This document shows positions 36,650-45,561 of a stretch of DNA of 58,362 nt, in pieces. Source of the DNA: Candidatus Latescibacterota bacterium (GTDB taxonomy: Bacteria > Latescibacterota > Latescibacteria > Latescibacterales > Latescibacteraceae). The notes under the pieces were generated by a model. That model did not search any database and was not told where the DNA came from. It worked only from the letters and a program-made list of their open reading frames with translations. The translations under genes and the position numbers were made by a program. Location of the stretch: positions 1-58,362 of the forward strand of contig JAWLHT010000001.1 of assembly GCA_041690195.1 (NCBI GenBank), given 5' to 3'. Position 1 is the first letter of the stretch. Every line of letters begins with the position of its first letter.

Positions 36650-37945
36650 TTACCTGCTGGATACGGAAAGTTCTGAGAAAAGCACATCGGGCAGGAAGTG
36701 TGAGCCGACCGGCTTCACCTCTCTCCCCATGGCAGCGATTGACGTAAAAGCATCGTATACGTTGCCGGCGATCATGGTATCCACGAGACGACCCGCTATT
36801 TCACCATCGCGGATCAGGAACCCGAGCATGACGTTGAGAGCAAAATCCCCGGCGAGAAGGTTGGACTGGCCGCCGCCGAGAACTCCGTGAATGACAATCC
36901 CCTCGCGGAGTGAGCGGACCATTTCGCCGGGGTCGGCCTCCCCCGGAGTCATCACCAGGTTGGAAGCGGCAACCGACGGCGCCGAAAGCATGCCCCGTCC
37001 GGCGTTTCCGGTGGAGGGGCATCCGGCCTGAGCCCCGGTATCCAGGTCAAAAAGAAAGGAACGGAACACCCCGTTCTCGAAGAGCACGGTCCGCTGTGAC
37101 GCCACACCTTCGTCATCAAAGGGTCTGCTTCCCGGCGCATCCGCCCGGAATGGATCGTCAACGAGAGTGACATCCCCGAGCACCCGCTCGCCCTCCCGAC
37201 CAATAAGGGGACTGTCGCCCTTGACCATGCGTCGTCCGTTCACCCCGAGTTCAACCGACTGGAGAAGATTGGGGAGCTCCTGCGCGGTAAAGAGAACCGG
37301 GAGTTTTCCGGACACTTTCGGGGCGGGCGTGGCGGCATGACGCGCGCGTTCGGCAATTTTTCCCACATACTCATCGGTACGCAGGTCCAGAACGCCGTAC
37401 TCTCCCCCTTCCGCAACCCAGAGAATGGAATCTCCCTCCACGATCACCGAGGTTATGGAATGCCGGAAATCCGTGGTGCGATATCGGGAGTCCATTCCGG
37501 CGGAGTTGGCGAGCCGCACCGAAGTAACTGAGGCCGCAAGGGAGACATCGGTGAGGGCCTTCGGACAGCATCCCCGCAGATCCTCAATGGCCCGTTTTCC
37601 TTCGGCGACAGCCTCGGCGGGCGTGTAGGCCTCGATTTTCGGATCGAAAGAAGCACGGGCTTCGCTCGCGGAAGGTCCCGGGAAGGTGAAGCCCGCTTCC
37701 TTGCCGAACCTGGCTGCGGAAAACGCATTCTCCACCAGGTCTTCCACACGCGAAAGATCGGATGTTGCCGCGAATCCGAGCCGCCCTTCGTGAATAACGC
37801 GAAGTCCGGCGCCAAGGAGAGTCTTCCGTTCCGCCGTCTTGAGCTTTCCGGCTTCGAAGGTCACTTCCACCGTGAGACGCTCGGCCTGGAACACTTCGGC
37901 GGCGGCGCGGCGGCGGCCGGTGATATCCAGAATTTTTTCGATCAT
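36650..37945 (-). CDS. pmbA: TldD/PmbA-family metallopeptidase (PmbA/TldE-like)
   Basis: 431-aa ORF with no signal peptide. Contains ..GLRVIHEGRLGFAATSD..FDDEGVASQRTVLFENGV... It is paired with the adjacent tldD. Confidence 0.8.
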   Translation of the reverse strand: MIEKILDITGRRRAAAEVFQAERLTVEVTFEAGKLKTAERKTLLGAGLRVIHEGRLGFAATSDLSRVEDLVENAFSAARFGKEAGFTFPGPSASEARASFDPKIEAYTPAEAVAEGKRAIEDLRGCCPKALTDVSLAASVTSVRLANSAGMDSRYRTTDFRHSITSVIVEGDSILWVAEGGEYGVLDLRTDEYVGKIAERARHAATPAPKVSGKLPVLFTAQELPNLLQSVELGVNGRRMVKGDSPLIGREGERVLGDVTLVDDPFRADAPGSRPFDDEGVASQRTVLFENGVFRSFLFDLDTGAQAGCPSTGNAGRGMLSAPSVAASNLVMTPGEADPGEMVRSLREGIVIHGVLGGGQSNLLAGDFALNVMLGFLIRDGEIAGRLVDTMIAGNVYDAFTSIAAMGREVKPVGSHFLPDVLFSELSVSSR

Positions 37946-37946
37946 A

Positions 37947-39302
37947 TCAACCCACCAGGACGTTTTGAATGCAGATGTGAGGGGAACCGTCCGATACCGG
38001 CAGAGGCGACTGATCGCCTTTGCCGCACCCGCCGAGGCCGCCGAACAGGGTCAGGTCGTTTCCGACCATGGCGACTTGATTGAGAGTGTCGAACACGTTC
38101 CCGGAGAGAATGACATCCCGCAGAGGGGTGGTGATCCGCCCGTTTTCGATACGGTAGGCATAGGCCGAGCTGAAGGTGAACCGTTCGAGATCGGTGTTGC
38201 CCCCGAGGAAGCCGCAGGCATAGATCCCGTTCCGCACATGATCCAACATGGCGTCAAAAGAGGTTTCGCCGGGTTCGATGATCGTATTCGTCATGCGGAC
38301 AATGGGGCGATAAGCGGCGGAGATGGCCCGGGCATTACCAGTGGGCGTCTCTCCCATTTTCCCTGCGGTTTCACGGGAGTGCAGACGGCCTGTCAGCTCG
38401 CCGTTCCGGACGAGATAGTTCTTCCGGCCGGGAACTCCCTCGTCGTCATACGGGGTGTATCCGTTCTCTCCGGCCAGAGAACCGTCATCAACGATGTTCA
38501 GAAAGTCCGGACCGAACCGGCGTCCCAGACGCATCATTTCTCGGGCCTGAGGATTTTCGTAAACGAAATCCGCCTCGCTGAGGTGCCCAAGCGCCTCATG
38601 AACAAACACCCCGGCGAGTTGCGGGTCGAGAATGACCGGATACACTCCGCCTTCCACCTTCGGTGCGCGAATGAGATCCCGGGTGATTTTGAGAATCCGC
38701 TCCACCTCGGCGTCCCGGTCCATCACTGTTCCGAAACCGCGCTGGTCGCCGAAGGACTTCATGCCCCGCTGGACATTGGCGCCATCCCGGGCCACCGCCA
38801 TGAGGTGCACTCCGGCGTAGACCTTCTCCTGCTCGATCATGGAGCCTTCGGAGGTGTGCAGCCAGAGGGTTTTCTTCAGATCACGGTAGACCGCGTTGGT
38901 GGTCACGATGTCCTTCTCCGCAACCATCCGGTCGTTATATCGTTTGAGGAGCGTCCGCTTTTCCTCCAGGGAAACCGTCGCCGGGTCAATTTCAGCAACA
39001 CTCCTGACTGTGGCGACCACAGGTTCCACCGGCGCGAGTTCCGTGGAGTTTTCTCCGGCCAGGCGGGCCATCTCGCATGCCGCCCGGGCGCTCGCCGGAG
39101 CGTCTTCGATCCGGTTGAAGGAGGCGAAACCCCACCCCCCGCGAATGCAAGCGCGAACACAGCCGCCCAGGATCAGGGTTGTTCCGATATTTTCAAGCAC
39201 CGGCCCCATGTAGGCCAGCGATGTTGACTCGGCCCGTTCTATCCGGATTTCCGCGTAATCCGCATCGAGACCGGCGATGGCTTTTTTCATGATCTGTTCC
39301 AT
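37947..39302 (-). CDS. tldD: TldD-family metallopeptidase
   Basis: 451-aa ORF. Contains ..LAGVFVHEALGHLSEADF.. (the HExxxH of TldD) and ..YDDEGVPGRKNYLVRNG... Its ATG shares one base with the upstream stop (TGATG). Confidence 0.85.
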   Translation of the reverse strand: MEQIMKKAIAGLDADYAEIRIERAESTSLAYMGPVLENIGTTLILGGCVRACIRGGWGFASFNRIEDAPASARAACEMARLAGENSTELAPVEPVVATVRSVAEIDPATVSLEEKRTLLKRYNDRMVAEKDIVTTNAVYRDLKKTLWLHTSEGSMIEQEKVYAGVHLMAVARDGANVQRGMKSFGDQRGFGTVMDRDAEVERILKITRDLIRAPKVEGGVYPVILDPQLAGVFVHEALGHLSEADFVYENPQAREMMRLGRRFGPDFLNIVDDGSLAGENGYTPYDDEGVPGRKNYLVRNGELTGRLHSRETAGKMGETPTGNARAISAAYRPIVRMTNTIIEPGETSFDAMLDHVRNGIYACGFLGGNTDLERFTFSSAYAYRIENGRITTPLRDVILSGNVFDTLNQVAMVGNDLTLFGGLGGCGKGDQSPLPVSDGSPHICIQNVLVG

Positions 39303-40228
39303 CAGAATCCCTCCAGAGAGAGGGTGAACCGCAGGGCGTTGTCGGAAAACTCCTCCATCGGGGTATAGGAGACATCCACGGCAAACCGTCCGAGGTCCAG
39401 TCCCACTCCGAAACTCACATCCTCGTCGTCGCTGTCGGTCCGGTATCCCGTTCGCACGAAGAACCGGTCCACCGGCTCAACCTCCACACCCAGACGAATA
39501 CCCGGATCACTGTACCGTGGCGAGAGATAGTCAACGGCCAGACGGAAAGGCCGAAGCACTCCCGGAAGCACGCCCCCATAGAGAACGCCAACGCCAAAAT
39601 CGGAAGGGAGTTTGGTCCGCTCATCACGAAGCGCCCCCATCCTGCCGTAATTGCGCGCCACAGCGGCAGCGGTGAGCCCTTCCACCGGAGTCCGCCAGGT
39701 GATGCCCGCGTCCACCGCGTACCCGCCGGCATCCTCGTCGGCAACCTTCTCGAAGAGCTGTTTCCAGGTAACTCCGAGCGCAATGGTTTCGGTCAATGTA
39801 CGTGCATACCCCAGTGAAAGGGCAACATACTTGATGCTGTAATCTCCGGTGAAATTACGGTTCTCGTCACGCCCCTCGATATCTCCCGAGTCGAAAAGCT
39901 GCACCGACGCGCCGAGGCTGCCCAGACCGGTATGCCCCGTAATGGAGGCGTACTCCTGACGGATACCCTCGACAAATTCGGTGTGGGAAAACTGGGCGGT
40001 CCGGTCACCCCCGAAAGCGAGGAGCGAGGGATTCACCCAGAAAGCCGCGGCATCACCGGACCTGGCCAGTCCAGCCCCGGCCAGCCCGGCGTTTGCGGCA
40101 TTCGGGGTGATGCGAAGAAAGGACATTCCCGCCTTGCTCGATTCCAGGAACACCGCCTGGGGTACGGCGGCATCCACCCCGGCCAAAAACAGCGCCAGAG
40201 CCGCGGCAATATATTTCGGTACAGTCAC
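39302..40228 (-). CDS. PorV/PorQ-like (FadL-fold) outer-membrane beta-barrel, copy 1
   Basis: 308-aa ORF with a GTG start behind GGAGAG and a signal peptide. Contains ..NAANAGLAGAGLARSGDAAAFWVNPSLLAF.., alternating beta-strand patterns, and a C-terminal ..FTLSLEGF. Confidence 0.6.
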   Translation of the reverse strand: MTVPKYIAAALALFLAGVDAAVPQAVFLESSKAGMSFLRITPNAANAGLAGAGLARSGDAAAFWVNPSLLAFGGDRTAQFSHTEFVEGIRQEYASITGHTGLGSLGASVQLFDSGDIEGRDENRNFTGDYSIKYVALSLGYARTLTETIALGVTWKQLFEKVADEDAGGYAVDAGITWRTPVEGLTAAAVARNYGRMGALRDERTKLPSDFGVGVLYGGVLPGVLRPFRLAVDYLSPRYSDPGIRLGVEVEPVDRFFVRTGYRTDSDDEDVSFGVGLDLGRFAVDVSYTPMEEFSDNALRFTLSLEGF

Positions 40229-40231
40229 GGC

Positions 40232-41233
40232 TTACTCTCCGTATCCCAGGTTGAGTGAAATCACATGTACCCGGTCATCCTCGATCAGGTCGGTGGCATA
40301 CGCGTAATCGAAGCCCACCGTGCTGGTTACCTGCAGACCGAACCCGGCGGTCAGCGAACCGTAATCGAGACCGTCGGAAGCGGTGTAGTTGGCAATGCCG
40401 CCCCGGAGGGTAAGCATGCGGTTGTACGTGTAAGCCGCCCCGAAATCATACCCGACCGGATCATCCTCCACCGATTCGACGGCAAAGGAAAGCAGAAGCT
40501 TCTCCCCGAAAGGTTTCCAGGCAACTCCGGCGGTAACATACAGGGGTAACTCGTCCGGCTTTTCCATGGACTGCCCGTCGGCGCCCCCGATCACATCGGC
40601 CCAGCGACCGGTGCTCCAGGTGAAACGGCTGTTGATATCACGCACAACAAGCGCCAGGCTGAGGCTTTCCACCGGACGGACCGTGACTCCGGCATCGAAG
40701 CCGACCGCCTTGGCATCTTCTCCCCCCAACTTCCAGAGAGACACTTTGGCGTTCAGCCCGGCGGATATTTTGGATGTGAACATCTTGGAAAACGTAACCG
40801 CGAAGGAGTTCCGGCTGTCCTCGATTTTTCCGGTCCGGTTGCCGTTCAGGTCGCGCCCCATGATGTCGTCCGTGCCCGCCCCGATCCAGGAGAGGGCGAA
40901 ATCGGCGTCTGGCCCAACCCGGGTTCCGAAAGCGGCATGGGTGAAGTGACGGTCCATGCTCATGTACCGGTGAGAGACCGTAAACTGCTTACCCTCCATG
41001 AAGGCAAGCCCGGCGGGATTGTAGTAGGCGCTGTATATGTCGCCGGATACGGCGGTGTAGGCATTGCCCAGTCCCAGCGCGCGTGCGCCGACTCCCATGC
41101 GGAGGAAATCACCAGCCCAGGGTCGATAGTTCTCCGCCCGAACGGATCCGGCGGATATCACACACATTGCAAGCACGAAAGAGAAAGCCGCTATCCGCTG
41201 ATTGCGTTCAGTCGAGAACCACGATCTTGCCAC
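40232..41233 (-). CDS. PorV/PorQ-like (FadL-fold) outer-membrane beta-barrel, copy 2
   Basis: 333-aa ORF with a signal peptide ..FSFVLAMCVISAGSVRA. Contains ..GARALGLGNAYTAVSGDIYSAYYNPAGLAF... The GTG start at 41233 overlaps the upstream gene by 26 nt, so the start is uncertain. Confidence 0.6.
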   Translation of the reverse strand: MARSWFSTERNQRIAAFSFVLAMCVISAGSVRAENYRPWAGDFLRMGVGARALGLGNAYTAVSGDIYSAYYNPAGLAFMEGKQFTVSHRYMSMDRHFTHAAFGTRVGPDADFALSWIGAGTDDIMGRDLNGNRTGKIEDSRNSFAVTFSKMFTSKISAGLNAKVSLWKLGGEDAKAVGFDAGVTVRPVESLSLALVVRDINSRFTWSTGRWADVIGGADGQSMEKPDELPLYVTAGVAWKPFGEKLLLSFAVESVEDDPVGYDFGAAYTYNRMLTLRGGIANYTASDGLDYGSLTAGFGLQVTSTVGFDYAYATDLIEDDRVHVISLNLGYGE

Positions 41234-42752
41234 GAGCCATATCCCCTTTGTCGGTTTTGATCATGTAGAAGTAGACGCCGTTGGGAGCCACATTGCCGCT
41301 TTCATCGCGGCCGTCCCACACTTCGTCATACTCGCGTCCGCCCGCACGGGAAGCGTCAATCACCAGGTCCCGGAGCTTCCGTCCGTTATAGCCGTAAATC
41401 GAAACGCTCACCCGGGCCGCACTGGTCAGCGCATAATGGATGCGGGTACGGGAATAATCCGCGTTGCTCCGCGAGGGTGAGAAGGGATTAGGGTAGGGAT
41501 ACGTCTCCACACCGTCGAGGTTGGAGGAAACCCCCACATTGGTCTTTCCCTCGTCTAGGGTCGGGACCCGGACCATACCCTTGAATATTTCCCAGGTCTT
41601 CCCCCAGTCGGTCGTCCGGGCGATGCCGTTGGAACTGGTAGCCCAGAGTGTATCGGCAACCACGGCCACCGCGGCCACCCGTTCACCCCGGTTCCACTTG
41701 AGAAGATCCGTCTCGCGGATATCCATAATGTCCCAGGTTTCTCCAAGATCATGTGATACGGCGAGACCGGAATCGGAGGCGGCGAATACGGTTGAATCGC
41801 TTACCGCCGGATCGCTCGCCCCGGCGTGGCCGAAGGCGAAATTCCATGCGTTGTAATTGGTGGACTTGATCTGCCAGGTGGCGCCGTTGTCATCGGTGTG
41901 ATAGATGCCATAATAGCCGTCGTTACCTGAATAAGGGGCGCCGCCCGCCCAAACGTGAGTTTTTCCGTTTACAACCTTGTGCTCGACAGCATAGACGAAA
42001 TTACCGGGCTTTGGATTGTTCAGATCAATTTGCTCGTCTGACTTCCATGAGAAGTTTTTCCAAGTCGAACCCCGGTCAGTGCTTAAATTAATACCTTGAA
42101 AAGTACCTACCCAGACAGTATCGCCGTAGGCGTCCACGCATTGACCAAAATAGTTCAGTTTTGGATTGGCATAATCAAGCGGTCCTTCGTCCGGGAGGAC
42201 AACAGACCAGGTCTGACCGGCATCATCACTCCGGAGCAGAAATGCCGTAAGCGTCGAGGCCCATATTGTCCCTTCGGAGATCGCAAAGTCCCATGTGGCA
42301 ATAAGCGCCTCCGGACGTTTCCATTCCGCCCGATCAGGGAAGATCGAGACGACCGGAACATGCGTCCAAGATTCTCCCCTATCTCTTGAAACAGAAAACC
42401 CGCCACTGAACGGAATACTCTGATCTTGAACATCCTCATACCATCCCCAGGAAGTGACGATGAGATTTCCCGAGGAAGCCATGGCGAAAATCGACCCCTG
42501 CCCAAAGCCGGGGAGCTGCCGGTAAGTCTGCCAATCGTAGACGGTGTCGAAGTTGCTGACATGACGGTTCAGGGTGCCGGAGCCGCTGATCCACATGGTG
42601 CGCCCGTCCCAGATGATATCGCTCAAATCGTTGGCGCCCAACCCCGGAGAAATCGCGCCCATCACTTTGGACAGGTCGGCCTCTCCGGAAAGGGCGGCGC
42701 CCGCTCCGAGCAACACCCCTAACAGTAATATGGCGGGTTTGACTAAACGCAT
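41208..42752 (-). CDS. secreted BNR/Asp-box beta-propeller protein with a FlgD-Ig/T9SS-type C-terminal sorting domain
   Basis: Signal peptide MRLVKPAILLLGVLLGAGAALSG. Six Asp-boxes are present: SRDRGESW, SDDAGQTW, STDRGSTW, TDDNGATW, SHDLGETW, TTDWGKTW. The C-terminus reads YPYPNPFSP..VSVSIYGYNGRKLRDL..WDGRDESGNVAPNGVYFYMIK. ATG 42752 is preferred over TTG 42755. Confidence 0.75.
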   Translation of the reverse strand: MRLVKPAILLLGVLLGAGAALSGEADLSKVMGAISPGLGANDLSDIIWDGRTMWISGSGTLNRHVSNFDTVYDWQTYRQLPGFGQGSIFAMASSGNLIVTSWGWYEDVQDQSIPFSGGFSVSRDRGESWTHVPVVSIFPDRAEWKRPEALIATWDFAISEGTIWASTLTAFLLRSDDAGQTWSVVLPDEGPLDYANPKLNYFGQCVDAYGDTVWVGTFQGINLSTDRGSTWKNFSWKSDEQIDLNNPKPGNFVYAVEHKVVNGKTHVWAGGAPYSGNDGYYGIYHTDDNGATWQIKSTNYNAWNFAFGHAGASDPAVSDSTVFAASDSGLAVSHDLGETWDIMDIRETDLLKWNRGERVAAVAVVADTLWATSSNGIARTTDWGKTWEIFKGMVRVPTLDEGKTNVGVSSNLDGVETYPYPNPFSPSRSNADYSRTRIHYALTSAARVSVSIYGYNGRKLRDLVIDASRAGGREYDEVWDGRDESGNVAPNGVYFYMIKTDKGDMARGKIVVLD

Positions 42753-42947
42753 CAAGACGTACTTCTCCTCCCCCGGAAACGGTTGGATGAACGATGGATG
42801 AACTGGAGTGTTTACCGCACAGGCGCACAGGGGTCTATTCAGCTAACTCCTTGTTCCGCGCACTACCCGGAGCCGGCGGCAGCAGGCCGGATCTCCGCGG
42901 CGAACGGACGGAAGAATCCGAGGACGGATGATGGTGGCACAACGGGG

Positions 42948-42967
42948 AAAAAAATGGCGGGCCATTT
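42948..42967 (-). terminator. small intrinsic terminator downstream of the MltD-like gene
   Basis: Minus strand reads AAATGG-CCCG-CCATTT followed by TTTTCCCC. Confidence 0.45.
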
Positions 42968-43028
42968 CATTTCCTGTTACAGCACGGGGAAAGCCGGTCT
43001 GAACGTGCCGGCGCGATCCCGGGATTAC

Positions 43029-43062
43029 CGCTGAAAACGGCGGTCCTCCGCCGCTTTCAGCG
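43029..43062 (-). other. 15-bp hairpin 18 nt after the MltD-like stop codon
   Basis: CGCTGAAAACGGCGG-TCCT-CCGCCGCTTTCAGCG, with one mismatch and no U-tract. Confidence 0.6.
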
Positions 43063-43079
43063 ATTTCGAAAAGGGGGTG

Positions 43080-44987
43080 TTATCCCCTCGTTTTAATAAC
43101 CAGACGGTCGCCGGGCTTGATTCTCCGATGGTCCTTGATCTTGTTCCAGACCATGATATCCTTGTAGCTTACCCTGTACTTGGTGGCAATCTCATAAAGA
43201 GAATCGTTTTTACGCACCACATAAGTCACCGTTTCCGAACCGGCGGATGCCTGCTCCGCGGACCCCGACGAACTGCCGGAACCGCTCCCCGAGCCCGGAA
43301 TGAGGATGGTCTGCCCAACTTTCAGGTTTGAGGAATCGCGCAGATTGTTGATTGCCACAAGAGCGTCCACCGTGGTATTGTGACGGGAAGCGAGCTCCCA
43401 AAGAGTATCCTCTTTCTGAACGGTGTACCTGGTCGTACCACCGCTGATCCCGGCCGGTTTTGCCGCCGACCGGCTTGAGGATGAACTGGACGCTGAAGCG
43501 GATGCCGTTCTCGCGGTTCCGGGAATCACCAGCTTCTGCCCGATCCTGATATGGCTGGAACGTTTGAGCCTATTGGCGCTCATGAGAGAAGAGAGGCTCA
43601 CCCGGTATCTGCTCGCGATTTTGGAGAGGGTGTCGCCGGAGCGCACCCGGTAAATGGTTCCGGAAGATGATGCGACCGCTTCCTGGCTGGTGGTTTTCTC
43701 CACCGGCAGCTTGGCGTACTCCGCCAGGAATTGTGAACCGCACCCCTTCGGGACTCGGAGCTGATAGTTTTCCCTTCCGCCGGGTGCGCAGTCGCGGATC
43801 AGTTCACAGTTGAGCAGACGCATCTCTTCCATATCCATACTGGCGCACTGGGCGGCAACTTTCAGGCTGGTACGCGGCCGGACTTCCACGGTCTCGTAAT
43901 CAAGCAACGGTTCCGGCTGGATATTTTCGAACCCGAACAGTTCCGGCGCTTTGCAAATGATGAGGGTAGCCATGAAGGTGGGAACGTAATTCTGCGTTTC
44001 CTTGGGCAGGTTCATCCGCCAGTAGTCGTTGAGCCCGCCGGATTTGATGGCGCGGGAAACCCGTCCGGATCCGCTGTTGTAGGCCGCCAGCACCAGATTC
44101 CAGTCATCGTAGAGCTTGAAAAGATCTTTCAGATGCTGGGCCGCGGCTTTGGTGGATTTAACCGGGTCGCGACGCTCGTCGTACCACTCGTTCCGCTCGA
44201 GACCGTACATCTTGCCCGTGGTGTAGAAAAACTGCCACAGCCCCACGCACCGGGCTGATGAGACGGCACGCGGATTCAGACCGCTCTCGATCATGCTCAG
44301 ATACGCCAGATCAAGCGGAACCCCCGCTTCTTCGAACTCCTTCTGCATCATGGGGATATATCTTCCGCTGCGCTGGAGCCAAAGGGTCATGTGCTTGCGC
44401 CCGGAATTCTGGAAATAGGAAATGGAATTCCGGACTTTCTCGTTGTAGTCAATGGGAATGTCGCATTTCCGGGAAATCTTGTTGACGATGGACTTGAGTT
44501 CCTCGTCGGACCACTGTCCCGATTTGAACTGCTCGGCATCGGAGAGATCGGGAATCCAGGACTCGGGGTCCTCCTGGGAGATCTGATCCGAGTCCATGAG
44601 AATAACTCCGTATTCCCGGGCCAGGGAACTGCTGATCGAAGTGAAACGCGCCACCAGCGACTGGTCGGTGATCTCGTCAACATTAACCTGCCCATACATC
44701 ACAAACGCGCTGTCAATAAGCGTCTCCGCCAGTCCGAAATCACCTTCCCGGTGCGCGACGAGAATTTGCTCGTAATATGCAAGAATTTGGGCAAGAACCG
44801 ATTCTTCTTGCTCATATTTTTGAATACCCGAAGTATCAACTTCCGCATCCGTTACGGCGCTATCGTTCATCGACGCGACAACGTCCGAGTTTTCCACCTC
44901 ATCCTGCCGGACGACCCGGCTTGATGAGCACCCGTACACAGACAACAACAGCAACACAAAAACCACCCGCAGTACATGGTCTTTCAA
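43080..44987 (-). CDS. lipoprotein lytic transglycosylase (MltD-like) with three C-terminal LysM domains
   Basis: TTG start behind GGGGGAGG. Lipobox LLLSVYGC. SLT core ..LAYLSMIESGLNPRAVSSARCVGLWQFFYTTG... Three LysM units (YRVRSGDTLSKIA.., YTVQKEDTLWELA.., YVVRKNDSLYEIA..) are joined by Ser/Gly-rich linkers. Confidence 0.85.
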   Translation of the reverse strand: MKDHVLRVVFVLLLLSVYGCSSSRVVRQDEVENSDVVASMNDSAVTDAEVDTSGIQKYEQEESVLAQILAYYEQILVAHREGDFGLAETLIDSAFVMYGQVNVDEITDQSLVARFTSISSSLAREYGVILMDSDQISQEDPESWIPDLSDAEQFKSGQWSDEELKSIVNKISRKCDIPIDYNEKVRNSISYFQNSGRKHMTLWLQRSGRYIPMMQKEFEEAGVPLDLAYLSMIESGLNPRAVSSARCVGLWQFFYTTGKMYGLERNEWYDERRDPVKSTKAAAQHLKDLFKLYDDWNLVLAAYNSGSGRVSRAIKSGGLNDYWRMNLPKETQNYVPTFMATLIICKAPELFGFENIQPEPLLDYETVEVRPRTSLKVAAQCASMDMEEMRLLNCELIRDCAPGGRENYQLRVPKGCGSQFLAEYAKLPVEKTTSQEAVASSSGTIYRVRSGDTLSKIASRYRVSLSSLMSANRLKRSSHIRIGQKLVIPGTARTASASASSSSSSRSAAKPAGISGGTTRYTVQKEDTLWELASRHNTTVDALVAINNLRDSSNLKVGQTILIPGSGSGSGSSSGSAEQASAGSETVTYVVRKNDSLYEIATKYRVSYKDIMVWNKIKDHRRIKPGDRLVIKTRG

Positions 44988-45003
44988 TGGACCTCCCCCT
45001 ATG

Positions 45004-45561
45004 CTATGGTGTGCTGACGTTCCTCATAACCCAGAATGAACCGTGAAATCCTTCGTCCCGAAGGATTTTCACGTACTCCTCAGCCTCCTTTTTCGTTAAA
45101 AAATTTCCAACCCGAACCCGATAGAATGGGGACTCGAACTCCAGATAAACCGGCTGGTCCGTCTTCGCCCGGGCTTCTTCAACCCGGCGCATAGCGGAGG
45201 GCCGCTCTTCAAAAATCCCGACCTGGACCCGGTACACCACGCCATCCTGCGGCTGAGGCGTTCCTACTGCGGATGGAACGCCCGAGTCACTATCGGCGGA
45301 GCCGCGCTGGTTGGGAGTGGGGACGGACACCGGGTTCCGTTCCCGCGCGGGTGTTGTAACGCCACCCGAATTAACCGATTCCGTGGTTTTTATTCCCTTT
45401 GTCCGGAAGGCAAATTCATCACCGAACGCAAAAGGATCGATTTCTTCCACGGCATCCGGAGGCCGTTCCGGTACAGCGGCTTTATGGGCGCCGCACCCCA
45501 CGGTTCCCATGATTACTGCGGAAAATAACAAAACTGTCTTGAAATCAAAGCGATTTTTCAT
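45004..45561 (-). CDS. SPOR domain protein
   Basis: Signal/lipobox ..VIMGTVGC. The C-terminal VYRVQVGIFEERPSAMRRVEEA..FYRVRVGNFLTKKEAEEYVKILRDEGF is a SPOR repeat. Confidence 0.75.
   Translation of the reverse strand: MKNRFDFKTVLLFSAVIMGTVGCGAHKAAVPERPPDAVEEIDPFAFGDEFAFRTKGIKTTESVNSGGVTTPARERNPVSVPTPNQRGSADSDSGVPSAVGTPQPQDGVVYRVQVGIFEERPSAMRRVEEARAKTDQPVYLEFESPFYRVRVGNFLTKKEAEEYVKILRDEGFHGSFWVMRNVSTP

Noticed and set aside
41208-41233. 26-nt overlap between the BNR gene and the PorV-like gene as evidence of a frameshift or fusion
   Set aside because: Both frames are intact with proper termini. The overlap depends on choosing GTG 41233 as the start and is compatible with ordinary translational coupling.
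43240-43520. Ser/Gly/Ala-rich repetitive DNA as a possible tandem repeat or contingency locus
   Set aside because: It is in frame within the MltD-like gene and encodes flexible linkers between LysM domains. It is not an exact DNA tandem repeat.
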